Assembly (NCBI GenBank): GCA_024679065.1
Contig: JAGIQG010000003.1
Location: 91,326,001 to 91,390,000, forward strand
Source: Sphyrna mokarran
Taxonomy: Eukaryota
Direction: 5' to 3'
Length of the DNA stretch: 64,000 nt
The notes beneath the pieces were generated by a model, which did no database searches, was not told the origin of the DNA, and saw only the letters and a list, made by a program, of their open reading frames with translations. This document shows positions 39,253-51,163 of the stretch, in pieces (the first letter of the stretch is position 1; every line of letters starts with the position of its first letter). Made by a program: the position numbers and the translations under genes.

Positions 39253-39268
39253 TGGTGGCAGCTTGTGG
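39253..39268 (+). other. Primer binding site, tRNA-Leu type
   Basis: tggtggcagcttgtgg begins 3 nt after the LTR end; it resembles TGGTGGCAGCGGTGGG, the complement of a tRNA-Leu 3' end (from memory). Confidence 0.7.
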
Positions 39269-40009
39269 AAAAGCCCAGGATTTCACAGAACTGCAGAGAA
39301 TAACAAAAACATGAAGACTGAGAAAAAGTTCCAAAAAGCAGTGTGACCTGAAATGAAGCTCCAGAAACAGAGGCACAAAGAAATATCACCAGGGCAAGGC
39401 TCAAAAGAAAGGCTTGGAAGCTGATGGCATAAATTTAAAATTCCTTATTGCTGTGAAAGACTCTTTTTATAACCTCCTTTGGAAGTCCAGCTTCTAATCT
39501 CAGAGGGCAGAGTCAGAAACCCTAGCAGGAGTGAACTAAATCATTTAAAACTCCAGGGAACAGCAAAATCCTGAGAAATCTTTAAATAATTCAGAGTCAG
39601 AAGTGCAGTTTGAAAAAACTCAAAAATAATTCTCAAGTCTGTTTTGAAATGGAAAAATAATTAATGAAAAAATGCAGGAGAACAGCGACTTCTAAACACA
39701 GCTGCGAGAAAAGCCAGGAATTGACAAATTCAGAACTTTACAGTAAAACGTGGAGAAAGAGAATGCTGCAGGCAGTAAATCCAGGCAGCCATTGTTGAAA
39801 ACTCCTTGCAGGCTGATTGCAATCATCATTGTAGCATTCCAAAACCAGCAAGCAGGAGAAATCTCTTTGGCTCTAACTGAATGGTGATGGCATCTTAAAA
39901 TTCAGAAAGCTCTTAAAGCAGAACCTACTCTTTACAAAATGTAACATTAATCAGAATTTGACTCATCGACAAAACTTTGGACTTATTCAAGAGGTCAAAC
40001 AAAATGGAA

Positions 40010-40205
40010 AATTTTGCATCATTGTGAAGGGAATTTCTAAACTACTGGGGTGCATTGGATCTAAGTAGAAGGTCAGAAAAATCCATATGAATACCTTTTT
40101 ATACTGGTCAGGTGCAGTTGAAGTAGTCCTAATGCAATTCATTGATGAATCCTCAACCAGCATCAATGATATATGAAAAGCCTTTGATAAATTGTTTAAT
40201 ATTTG
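40010..40205 (+). pseudogene. Gypsy gag N-terminal remnant
   Basis: NFASL*REFLNYWGALDLSRRSEK / IHMNTFLYWSG...IDESS...KAFDKLFN resembles the W..F..Y..A..L...E..Q..TLLY..G pattern of Gypsy Gag. Confidence 0.55.
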
Positions 40206-41069
40206 AATTGTGGAACACAAAGAATTTAAAACAAAGGATGTAACACCCCCCACCCACCCCCTGCCTGCATCCATAAGCTACAAAACAGAAAACAATTTAT
40301 CCAAGCAAGTCACACAATGGTACTAGAGAGGCCAAGATCTGGAAGTCCCAAAAATATATCTTTACGGAAACTTTGACACATTATCTGAATGGGAGGTGGC
40401 AGTGCAGAGTGAGCAGTTGACTATGAATGAAGGAAAAGAAAGCTATTTGATGAAGTCCAAAATACACAAACTCTGCAAAAGGAAAATGAAATAAGGATGG
40501 AAAATGTTTGCATCAAAGCTGAACTGGAGATTTTGAAGCACAATATCAAGCTCAATATATACCTTTTGAAAATGTAGGATAACCGATTCAATGAACCAAA
40601 TTGCTCGATATATGAACAAACTAATTTCTGGAACATTACAATGTTACCAGGAGGAAATGGCAACTTTGATTTCCATTGTTGGCAAATTGAAGTATGGATT
40701 GGAAAAATGCAACTGGAAATACAGCCAGGCACAATTATAGGCAGAAAATGCATTTAAAGAAGTTGTGGCCTTGAAAGAACTGAAGAACAAGGGATAGAAA
40801 GGACTTAGGAATGTTCTATATTCCACAAGGAAGCCAAAGAAAAGACGAAGTGCTAAAGCAAATAGTTGAACATTTGGATGAAAATTTGGAAAACATTACA
40901 TTTCCAAAGAATTGTATGATGACATGACAATTAATTAACATAGAATGGCAATAGCAATTAGAACTTCTCACTAAGGTTCTTACAGAATCTCAGAAACAAT
41001 TGGCAGAATATCAACTTGAAGGATAGCACAGAGGAATTGAGCCTGCTAAAGAAAAACTGATCATGTGTC

Positions 41070-41607
41070 AAAGATGAGTTTATAAAAGAAAACCAAGAAC
41101 TGATGAGAACATGGGAATGACACTCCCAGAAAATAGAACATTTGAAAGAGGACTTGAAATGCTTAAATGATGAATTTGCAGAAGCACATTCAACAAAGGT
41201 AGATCAATAATTAAAACCTGACAAACTTCAAGCATCAAGCATTGTGCAAAATGCTTGGAGTTGCTGATGTATTGGAACAGTTGATTGAAAGCAGAATTAA
41301 CAACTAAAACTGATGACATTCTTGAACTTCAGTCGAATCTGAACAACATGCAGATTTTGATATGCAATACTGAAGAAGAAATCCAGAAGTTGAAAGCTGA
41401 TAAGAGAAATTCTACACAACGAATTGATGATTTAATTAGTGAATTAGAAGAGTCTAAGGAACAGTCGGTAACCATAGAAGAAAGATTCTGAACAGAACTG
41501 AATACCTAAATGAAGTTGTCAAACTAGTATATGAGTTCCTCAGATAACTCCAAAATAAAGACAACTCAATTTATCAGAATAGGTGCTGGGCTGAATGAAA
41601 ATCTTCA
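41070..41607 (+). pseudogene. TPR: Intronless, decayed fragment of nucleoprotein TPR (N-terminal coiled coil, roughly aa 115-310) inside the LTR element
   Basis: KDEFIKENQELMRTWE*HSQKIEHLKEDLKCLNDEFAEAHSTKVDQ*LKPDKLQAS vs remembered TPR [56 protein letters not shown]. After a frameshift, LKAELTTKTD..ILELQSNL...LEESKEQSVTIEERF*TELNT*MKLSN*YMSSSDNS vs LNTELKTKTD...ILELKCNL...[36 protein letters not shown]. Confidence 0.82.
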
Positions 41608-41837
41608 TAAGTTCGAAACATTCATTTATGTGGTGATGACGCACGATGACGCACAAGGAGAATAGTACAATGTTCATCTAGCCCCCAAGAAATAAATCAG
41701 AATAACAACCACCCAAAAGTGCAACAGCTGAACTAACCAAATATGGTTCAACACAAAAGAATAGAAAAAATGGATGAAAACATACGCAGATGCCAGATCA
41801 ACTTCCAAATCTAGTGTAAGAACCAGCAAGGACATAG

Positions 41838-41975
41838 CATAAGAACATAAGAAATAAGAGTAGGAGTAGGCCATCCAACCCCTCAAGCCTGCCCTGCCAC
41901 TCAATAAGATCGTGGCTGATCTGTAGTGGTTCAGCACCGCTTTCCCGCTTTCTCCCCGTAACCCTTAATTCCCTT
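41838..41975 (-). mobile_element. CR1 3' end inserted in the LTR element
   Basis: cataagaacataagaaataagagtaggagtaggccatccaacccctcaagcctgc...gtggctgatctg. Confidence 0.85.
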
Positions 41976-43339
41976 GTGAAGAGCCTACTACTCTTCTGAC
42001 TATAGTGCAAATGAAATATGGGAGGGTTATAAGGCGTCCAGACTGCCTGAACCTTTGAATTTAAGAGCTTGAAGGGAGGTGATAATGTAAATAATGTAGT
42101 AATGACAATATAAATGTATGAAAGTAATAATATATGACAAGGTAAATTATGACGCATAAAATAACATTAGATGAAGATTTGGGGGAGGTGTAACATAAGG
42201 ATTTGGCACATAGTGGATTAATGTGGGACTGAGTACAGTGTCACTTACACAATGATGTAAGATAGCACACGACCAGCCAGATTCAGTCTTGTGTTGGACA
42301 GAGCTGTGTGTGCCAGCCAACATGGAGACAGCTCCTAGCTTGTACCCTTTACTGTATAGAACTTAAAGTTACCTGACTCTGAGGAGTGAAGTGGACAATG
42401 GTGGGCCTTCGTCCCGATTGAGGACTCTGAAATAGAACTACTGCCCAAGAGTTGCTGGCCAGTCAAAGGCTGGCAAGACTTGCAGTCAGCATCATCGCAG
42501 AGTGATCCAGGAAGAAGGTAGAGTGCTGTCGGGGGCAGGGGCAGTTTCACAGGGTAGGGGGACACAGGTAGAGGGGGGCATAGAGGTTAGAGCAAGGTGG
42601 GAGGTTTAGATGGAAGAGGCCCACCCTTCTGCCCCATGTTGATCATGTACAGAATAGTGCAGATTGAGAGACACCACCCCCTCTCTCCCTCACAAGCTGA
42701 GATGCAAATATATATTTTTACAAGATGTGCAATCTACATGTTGGCAGGCCCATCTGGAGCTGAGATGGTTGCAGCAGAAGGTGCTAAGAGACCCTTAAGC
42801 GGTCATTATATAGACACTTTGGATTCGAGTGAAGGTGATGCAGAAAGGTTAGCCATGGACGTTTCCACCCAGAGCGTATTTCTGATGGAGAAGGGAAAGT
42901 GATGGGTACCAGTCCCAATGCCAACGCACTCCAATTTTAGGTCCATCACCTCCTTCCTCACTTGCTGAAGGGACAGAAGAAAATGGCTGAGAACTTTGCA
43001 GAGCTAAATTTCAAATTATTGGTGTAATGGAGAGTCTGTCTGAATGCCGAATGGGTGTGTGAAGAGAGATGGAGATGTCCACTTCCACCTTGGGCTGTGT
43101 CTGGGGACAGAGCATGAAACTCACCCTTGCCGATGTGGTAAGGCTTTTGATAACTATACAACAACATCATTCAGCACCTAATGACTGAGCAACCCTATTG
43201 CTGCAGACATTGCAGCCTACAAGGAATGAAATATAAGTTCAGGAACCATGGCAGAGCCCACCATGGCTCTGGGCTGAAGTACTCTGATGGCTAAAGATCT
43301 GTTCTTAAGCAAGTCACTGGGTTGCCAGACAGGAGTCAG

Positions 43340-43860
43340 AGAGTTTTACAGCACAGAAAGAGGCCCTTTGGCCCATTGTGTCTGCACCAGCCATTAAGTA
43401 CCTTAAGTTTTTAAGTTTATTTATTAGTGTCACAAATAGGCTTACGTTAACACTGCAATGAAGTTACTGTGAAAATCCCCTAGTCACCACACTCTGGCAC
43501 CTGTTTGGGTACACTGAAGGAGAATTTAGCATGGTTTATGCACCTAACCACTTAAACCAGCACAATTTTCAGACTGTGGGAGGAAACCAGAGCACCTGGA
43601 AGAAACCCATGCAGACAGGGGGAGGACCTGGTCCCTGGCACTGTGAGCCAGCAGTACCACTGTGCCACTCTATTTATTCTAATCCGAATTCCAGTATATC
43701 GTTCTTAGCTATTGCATTTCAAGTGCTCATTTAAAAGTTTCTTAAATGTTGTGAGGGTTTCGCCTCAATCACCCTTTCAGGCAGTGGGTTTCAGCTTAGC
43801 ATTTCTCTCTGGGTAAAAGAGTTTTCCTGAAATCCTCTCTGAATGTCTTGCTCCTTAATC
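43340..43860 (-). mobile_element. CR1 3' fragment split by a V-SINE (alternative tail) at ~43403-43668
   Basis: CR1 tail (tacagcacagaaagaggcccttt), then the SINE reverse complement (tttatttattagtgtcaca...cactgtgccac), then CR1 resumes (ttcaggcagtgggtttcag...ctctgggtaaaa). Confidence 0.8.
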
Positions 43861-46219
43861 AAGGCAGTGGCGTAAATCATAGACCCTGTATATTTACTGG
43901 CCTTATTCTAGGTGCAACATTCCTGTTCCTTCCCTCCTCCCTGTTCAACTATTATCCAAGCGATTGCTTATCAGCCAGTCTTTCCCAACTACTGTTGTCT
44001 GTAATGAAATGGTGCTTTTTGAGGTAGGTCATAGAATGGTTACAATGCAGAAGGACATCAGTTGGCCTGTTGTGTCTGTGCCAGCTCACTGCAACAGTAG
44101 TTCAGCAAAACCCAGTCTTCTCTACAAGCCACTGTCAGGCATTTATCCAATTCCCTGATGAAAACCCTGATTGTATCTGTCTCTGCTACTCTCTCAATGC
44201 ACTGCAGATCCTAACCATTCGCAAAGTAAAAATTGTCTTCCTGGTGTACAACCTCTTGATGGCATTCTAGGAGGATATATGGACTGCTTTTTTTTTAAGA
44301 TTCTGTGTAGCATCTATCTGTATAGTCATTCCTTGGAATGATTAGAACCACAATGGCTTGCTTATGCAGAAATGCACAAAGGATTTGGAGTTATGACCTA
44401 TGTCACCCGTGGCAGCCGGATGATGCCAGTACTGTAAACATTAAATGTTGCCTTGATCTTGATTGCTTGATTGTGGTGTGATGTTGAATCTTTGTTCCAT
44501 TAGGCCTCCTGTCTTTGCATTGATCTTCTTGATATAGTGCAGCCTTCTCATGCTTAGGTTTCCATGTGAACCTAGGCATAATGCTCTCTGAAAAACCTGC
44601 TGAGATTCCTTCTGACTTTACTGTTGTGTCCTGTTGTAGAAACTGGTGCTGCGGTGCCTAGCCTCATTCCATCCTACAGTCATGTAGAAGCCAGCAAGAT
44701 GCCTATGACTAAAGCGCTCCCTTTCTCTTGGTGACATTGTTAACATGTTCAATAAGGTTCACAGCACTCTCTTTTGACAGGAAACATTCAGAGAATATTC
44801 AGGAAAAATGTTGATATGATGTTGGTGAAGTTCTGACAAAGGGAAGATTCACTGACCCTGCAAGAAGGTCAGCAGGAATCTCAGTGCCCTGTTTAAAAAT
44901 TGGGATTCCTGACTGGTGTGAAGGCAATCGCAATTCACCTGACATGCCCAGAGCGGGCGGCAACTCAACTGTTATGAAAACACATTAATTGTTTTATAAT
45001 TAGCAGATTGGACATCCCATTTAGTTGCCTCTCACCATTCACTACAATGGAAAAACTTTGGCACAGGCAATCACCAGCATGGACATGGCATGCTGCACCC
45101 CAAAAGGGTTCAAGGAGCTACGTCTAGTGGCCATTTTCTCCTGTGCCACTACCGGGCTACAGAGGAAGAGTCCTCCAAGTGTCCTGATGGTTGGTTGGGT
45201 TCGGGCTGGGGCCAAGGGTTTGACCTTGCTCTCTTGCCAGAAATGTGTGTTCAGGCAGGCCTGAAAATCACACCTGGCATGGTGATTTCAGGCAACTGTG
45301 ATCAACATCTGCATCCTTACCTGCCAAGTGTGAAGATTTAAAGTGCCCTCCAATCCCCCTGCAGGTTTTTAAATCACAACAGCATCCCATTCTGCACCAG
45401 GGATTTTCCTTTCTCTCTGACAGAAACTGCAGATGAGTGCAGTCCCTTTGAAGTTCACTGACAAAGAGGAGATGTCAATTTCACTGGAGAGGCGTCCCTT
45501 CGCCACAGCTGTTCATTGAGCCCTCACGTTTCCACACAGCTTTTATTGGAATTTCCTGAACCTTCCTAGAAAGCTGAAATCTTGGAAGTCCTCTCTATTC
45601 AATTGAAAACCTGGATCTCTTTTAACTTCATAGTGCAGTCTTTGAAATAAGCTTTGATTGACAACTCAATGGATTTCTACTCAGCCTACAGTCAGTTATG
45701 TTTATTTATGTTTCCCTTCACACCTGAATGCACCTCGAGTGCCCCCTATATTCTTAACTGCTTGGTATACAAAAATTCTAAGTCTGATTGACAGCTGAGG
45801 TTTCTTCAAAGGGAATTAGTGGTTAGAAAATAGGAAATTAAACTTCTTAACCCTTTATAAGAAAAGGCTGTGGAGGAATCTGAGTGGAGGGAGAGGGGGC
45901 TGAGGGAGGTGGGTCTGAGGAGGGCCTGGGGGGAGTTTGGATCATGGTATGCCAACATGGTATGGGGTATCGCCATTTCCATTTTTGAGGGGAGGAGGAC
46001 CTGTCCACAAATGCAGAAATTGGGGCACTCAGATATCTGAACAATGGGATTGGGCGACATGATTCATAGGATGCATAAATTTGCAGGTATTAGGTGGGTG
46101 GATTCCATTGACAGACACTTCAGTGCCAATGGGAATCACTTCTGTTTTCAAGCCAATGGGAGCATGTAGCCTGAATATGGGAGAATCATGGCCAAAATGT
46201 TCCAGGAAATCTCTCCATC

Positions 46220-46845
46220 TCTGCATATAGATAGGGCAAACAAAATTGGTAACAATACCAGAGGGGAGAAATTCCTGGAGTGTGTACGAGTTGGTTTTCT
46301 GAACTAATACACTGAGGAACCAACTAGAACAACAGGCCATCCTAGACCGGGGATTGTCTAATAAGAAAAGGATAATTGGCATTCTAAGTGTGCAAGACAC
46401 CTTGGGACCATAAGATGATAGATTTTTTAAGATGCAGAATGATGTAGTTGATTCTGAAACATGGGTCCTGAATCTAAATAAAGGTTTGAGGCATGCATTG
46501 GCTCTGATGGATTGGAGAATATTGCTTCAAGGGATGACGGTGGATAGGCAATGACAACATTCAAAGAGCACATGGGGTGAACTGCAACAATTATTTATTC
46601 CTCTCAGGTGCAAAAGTGAAACAGGAAAGTTAGCCAAACCAATGCTTTACAGGGGAATTTAGAATATGAAAAGAAAATGATTGGTGAAGACAAATTTAGG
46701 TTCCTTACAATCAGAAACTGAAGAATTTATAATGGGATACAAAGAAATGACTGAGCAACTAAATGCACCCTGGGGTTCTGTCTTCACAAATCTTGAGGAA
46801 CACAGGGTTTAATGAGAGGAAGGAACTGAAGGAAATTAGTATTAG
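46220..46845 (+). mobile_element. CR1 ORF2 endonuclease/linker fragment
   Basis: Translates LHIDRANKIG...EKFLECVRVGFLN*YTEEPTR..AILD, matching CR1 FLECV.D.FL.QYV.EPTR..AILD. Confidence 0.8.
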
Positions 46846-47330
46846 TTGGTTGGAGACACAGGTGAGTATGGGAATGGTAGTGGGGACTGGAGTGAGTAGG
46901 TTGGGGGGGGTGGATGGGGTGGGGGGGGGAGGGGGGGGGATGTGGGTGGGCTGTGAATGGCGATGGATGTGTTGGGAGTGGGTGAATGAGTTAGGGGTGG
47001 GTGGATGATGTGGGTTGGTTGGGGTTGGAGATGAATGGGTTGGACACAGGGTGGTTGGTAAATGTGGGTGGAGGATGTGGATGGGCTGTGGAAAGCGATG
47101 GGTGGATGGGGTGTGCGAGTGGGTTACTGATGCGAATGGGTTGCAGATGGGTCTGGGTGGGTTGGAGATGGGGTGAGGATGGGAGGGTGAGTGGATTGGG
47201 TTAGGAACGGGGTTGAGTGGGTTGGGGGCAAGGATGTTGGGTGGCTTGGGCATGAAGGTGGTTGGCAGATGTGGGTGGGCTGTGAATGGGGGGGGTGGAT
47301 GAGTTGATAGAGTTTGGGAGCAGGTGGATC
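46846..47330. repeat. G-rich low-complexity/minisatellite-like tract
   Basis: Dense GGG/GGGG runs and recurring gatgtgggtgggctgtgaatgg (~46939, ~47268). Confidence 0.85.
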
Positions 47331-48542
47331 GGTACATTTCCACCTGGTGGCAATTCTTATATTAATGGCACAGAAAAGAGATTCAGATGTTCAGATTCAG
47401 TGGGTCTTAATGGCAGTTCATATTATTGCAACACAACTTGCATAGTTATAAGGGGAGAAGGGATCCAATTAACATCAGTCAAACTATACTCCCTGCATGT
47501 CTGTATAGACTGCATAGTTAAAAACATGGAGACCAAAACTTAACCATTACTTGCAACGGTGATCTAAGCAATAAGAACGTAAGGTTGGATCTGAATATGT
47601 GACTGTGGCCAAGGCCCGCAGGATACTGATCAAATAAAGGAGCAATTTAATGAAATAAAAAGGGCCTGACTATCCAAGTTGCACCAAAAAGAACAGCAAT
47701 GCAAATGATGGTTGATCTAATAAACTTGTACTCACCGCCACCTTCTCAATGATTAACATGGGCAACAAATGCTGGCCTTTCCATGAAAGATTAAAAAAAA
47801 GAGTTCTAAGCAGCAGTAATATTAAATTTCCTGGTGATTTAATCACTCAGATCAGCTGGGAATGACGTCTTATGAACTAGCAAGGTGCCATCTCTTATCT
47901 ACACTGGGCGTGTACTATTAGGAGGGCTCATAGATTTATCAATGTCCACAAAGTCCAACAAATCTGTTAGAGGGATGGCACTAATTTGATGCCCATATTC
48001 TCCATGGCCTTGCCTGTGTTAACTACATTCTAACAGTACCCAGCCATATGGTTGAATACCACTGTCTTTGGGGAAATGGGAATTGCCCAGGTTCCTTCTC
48101 ATGCCATGCCTCTCTGGGCTTCCAATGAATTGGAACCAATCTGAAAAATTAGAAATTATTATTGGTCTAATTAAATGTGGCAGAGCCCTGAGATCAGTAT
48201 GCTCTGATCAGCTGCTAGATAGATCATCCATTTGTTTTCTAAAGTATCCACAGGATTTAAACACATCCTGAGACACAGTGTTAAAGGTTATGCATGTTAT
48301 GTGAAACTCAGAAGGTAAAAATCACTGAGCAGTAAAGAACCTACAAATTAAATTGTGAATAAGTGAGATAATAGGAGTAGATTGAAGGTAAGTTATTGTG
48401 AAAAAGATTATATTGACTGCAAAATTTTATAAACATGTATGGTAATGATAAGAATTACAAAAATAAATTGCTAAAATATAATTATGATCTTGTAGCATAA
48501 TACCAAAAACTATTTGGTGGTGACGTATGTATGTGTAGAATA

Positions 48543-48677
48543 TAGTAAGAAGTCTCACAACACCAGGTTAAAGTCCAACAGGTTTATTTGGAATCACAAA
48601 CTTTTGGAGCGCTGTTCCTTCCTCAGGTATTGTGAGACTTCCTCCTGTGCCTATTCCACTCCAACACCAACATCATG
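48543..48677. mobile_element. Penelope-like terminus fragment with partial inversion
   Basis: aagaagtctcacaacaccaggttaaagtccaacagg... followed by inverted ttgtgagacttc...tccaacaccaacatcatg. Confidence 0.75.
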
Positions 48678-49173
48678 CGTGGAATACATTCCGAACACAG
48701 TCGGAAAGCTACTATTTGATTAATCCCAATTGATGTGAGTCTTTTTTTAATAAAAATAGTGTTACTTCATGGTCTAAATGGAATTCAAAACTGCAGTCTT
48801 ATATAATGGCTTAATATCAAGCTTATTGTGAGAGTTACAAGTTCCAATACTATCACTGGAAGTGCCACATGGACTTATTCTTTGTTTACACTCAAACTAG
48901 GGGTATTGTGTGTCCACTTTCAGAGAAGTGTGTCTCAAGATTTCTAACACAATGAAGATTAGATTATTGAAATTGCTTTTTTTCCCCCCTATTTTCCTCT
49001 GTGTCATGACATGTAGATCTAGCAAATGAAATTTTCATTTTTGTTTCGTCAACAACAAATGAAATATGAAAACTCAAACATTATCCCTCTATCTGCTACA
49101 GTCCTGTGTGTTACCTTCTATACATTTTTGGAATGATCACAAGTTGGCAGCCCTGGAGAGAAAATAGAAACCA

Positions 49174-50202
49174 AGGGCCCGATTCTCCCATCACGACTTG
49201 CAACTTCTGTGGCGAATTGGTCGGGAGAATTGCGTTGTTGGCCTTTTTCCAGGACTTGTGCATGCACCAAGAATGCATGTGTGTTTCCCAGGGCAGCAGA
49301 AGAGTCGCAGTCCAGACCACGTTGGAAACCAGTGGGAAGACTACACTTAACTGTCATTTAAATACATTTTGTATTTCATTATTGGGAATTTGCCACCCTG
49401 CCAGGAGTAGTTCATTCTGGCGGGGTTTAGAGTAGCTCTCCACCTTGCAGGAGGGCAATCAGGGCCCCCCAGAGGGTTGGGTGGTGGAGATGTCCTCTGG
49501 GCATGGCTCTCCTGGCACTGTCAGCCTGTGCCTGCTGGCACTGCCTAAGGGGCAAAGCATTGGGCAGTGCAAAGGGGACAGAGCCTATTGTGGGCATGGC
49601 CTAGAGGTGATTGGTGGGGGCAAGGGATCCCACTGTCACTCTGCAGACATGGCTGGTTGGCACTGGAGGGAGGTCAGCAATTGGGACAGGCTGGGGAGGG
49701 GTGGGGGTGGAACCTGCCTCCCCAGGGGTCTGTCTCCGGGGGGAGTGATCTGCCTCCCAGGGACAAGGGTCTGATCTTGAGCTGGTGGTTTGGGGCAGCA
49801 ATGGGAGGGATCTGCCAGAGGGAGGGGTGGGGGGATCATTTCTACTGAGGTTGGGCTGGACATCAGTGTATTCCAAGAAGGTGGGGGAGGTTGGGGCTGG
49901 TCCGGAATTGTAGGGGCCATGACTGGGCTTTGTGAGAGAGCTAGAGAGACAGTGAAGCAGACAATAAAGCTGGCCAATGATCAAGCTGGCTACCAAGTGA
50001 GGAGACTGACAGATCAGAGTATGCACAGAGTTCCAGAGGTATCAGACTGGCACAAATAGACCCTGTCCCCTCAGGAAATTCCTGATTGTGACCTCTGCAG
50101 TGCACAGAGTGCGGAGATTCAGGTCTGAAGCTGCACTTCAAAAACAGTTGAGATCCAGAACAGTTTTCCCACCAATTCAGCACTTTTTGGAGAATTATCC
50201 TC
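49174..50202. mobile_element. Non-autonomous PIF/Harbinger-like DNA transposon (~1 kb)
   Basis: Left end gggcccgattctcc, right end ggagaattatcc.c, with a GC-rich interior. Confidence 0.6.
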
Positions 50203-51003
50203 CCTCCTCCTCCCACAAATTGTAATTCTAATAAGAAATATCTGCTATGGAAACAGTAGAATACAACTCAAACTAAAAGATTATTTCAGTTATGAGTGTC
50301 AGATTGGGACCTCAAGTGATGTTCTAGCCAGAGATAAGGAGACAATTAGCCATAGTCCACAAAAGGTCATGTGCTCTATTCGAGAGACAATTGACTGTAT
50401 ATATTGATGGGCATTACTCCACAATCAAAGAGGATGGCAAGCTTGCATGAACTATCACAGTCAGTGCAGGGATTGAACCCATGCCACTGGCATCATTTTG
50501 CACTGTGAGTCTAGCTAGTCAATCAATTGCATTAACTGGCTTTACCAGTTGATGGGTGGCTCAGGGTGCTTTTATAAAGGGAGAGAAACTGAGCAATTTA
50601 ATAGGCAATTCATTGATGTTACTGTGGCTGGCTGTGAATGTTTGGAAGTGGATTACAAATATTCAGACTGCAGCAAATGTGGTGTAAATGCACCATCTAT
50701 TGTGGACTGGGAAATAATTGGCAGAGTTTTGAGAATTTTCCATTAAGTTGTTTCTGGCTCCAAACGCCCCAATACATCAGCACCATCCCTTATTAAAAAA
50801 ATCAAACTAGCTAGGGATTCTAATATCTGTCAAGGAACTAAATGAAGAGTAGTTCAAATTCCCATTGAAAAAGCTACTGACATTGATAAAGTCAATTGGG
50901 AGATCATGCATTAGTGACAGCAAGTTAGAGTTTAAGAAAAATTAGAGTAATTTGAGGAAAAAGGACTGGGATAGGTAAAGAGATGCTATACTATGAAGTG
51001 ATA

Positions 51004-51163
51004 GGGCAGGATTTTCCTGCCCTTCCTGCGAGCGGGAATCTCCACGGTGGCTTTTCAAACAGGACAAGCAAGCCATGCAAAACACTGAAGGTATTGATGG
51101 CAAGATGATTCCACTGCTGGAAACATGCCATGAGGAGCGGGTTGGGGGCGGAAAATCCTGTCC
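51004..51163. mobile_element. PIF/Harbinger-like MITE (160 bp)
   Basis: TIRs gggcaggattttcc / ggaaaatcctgtcc (13/14) and 3-bp TSD ATA at 51001-51003 and 51164-51166. Confidence 0.8.

Larger units (their letters stand above)
38982..42360 (+). mobile_element. Old non-autonomous Gypsy-type LTR retrotransposon carrying TPR-like sequence
   Basis: 5' LTR 38982-39249 ends atgttaca and 3' LTR starts tgtaacat at 42189 (8-bp inverted termini). PBS at 39253, PPT gggggagg at 42181-42188, gag remnant ~40010-40205, pol-tail motif KYGRVIRRPDCLNL* at 42014-42058. The 3' LTR is truncated near 42360. Confidence 0.85.

Noticed and set aside
41070-41607. Functional TPR gene or exon
   Set aside because: Multiple stops, a frameshift, deletions, no introns, and it lies between LTRs.
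46759-47343. 194-aa Pro/His/Thr-rich ORF
   Set aside because: It is the translation of the C-rich strand of a low-complexity tract.
49445-50216. Cluster of overlapping ORFs
   Set aside because: They come from the GC-rich interior of a TIR-bounded non-autonomous element and show no transposase motifs.
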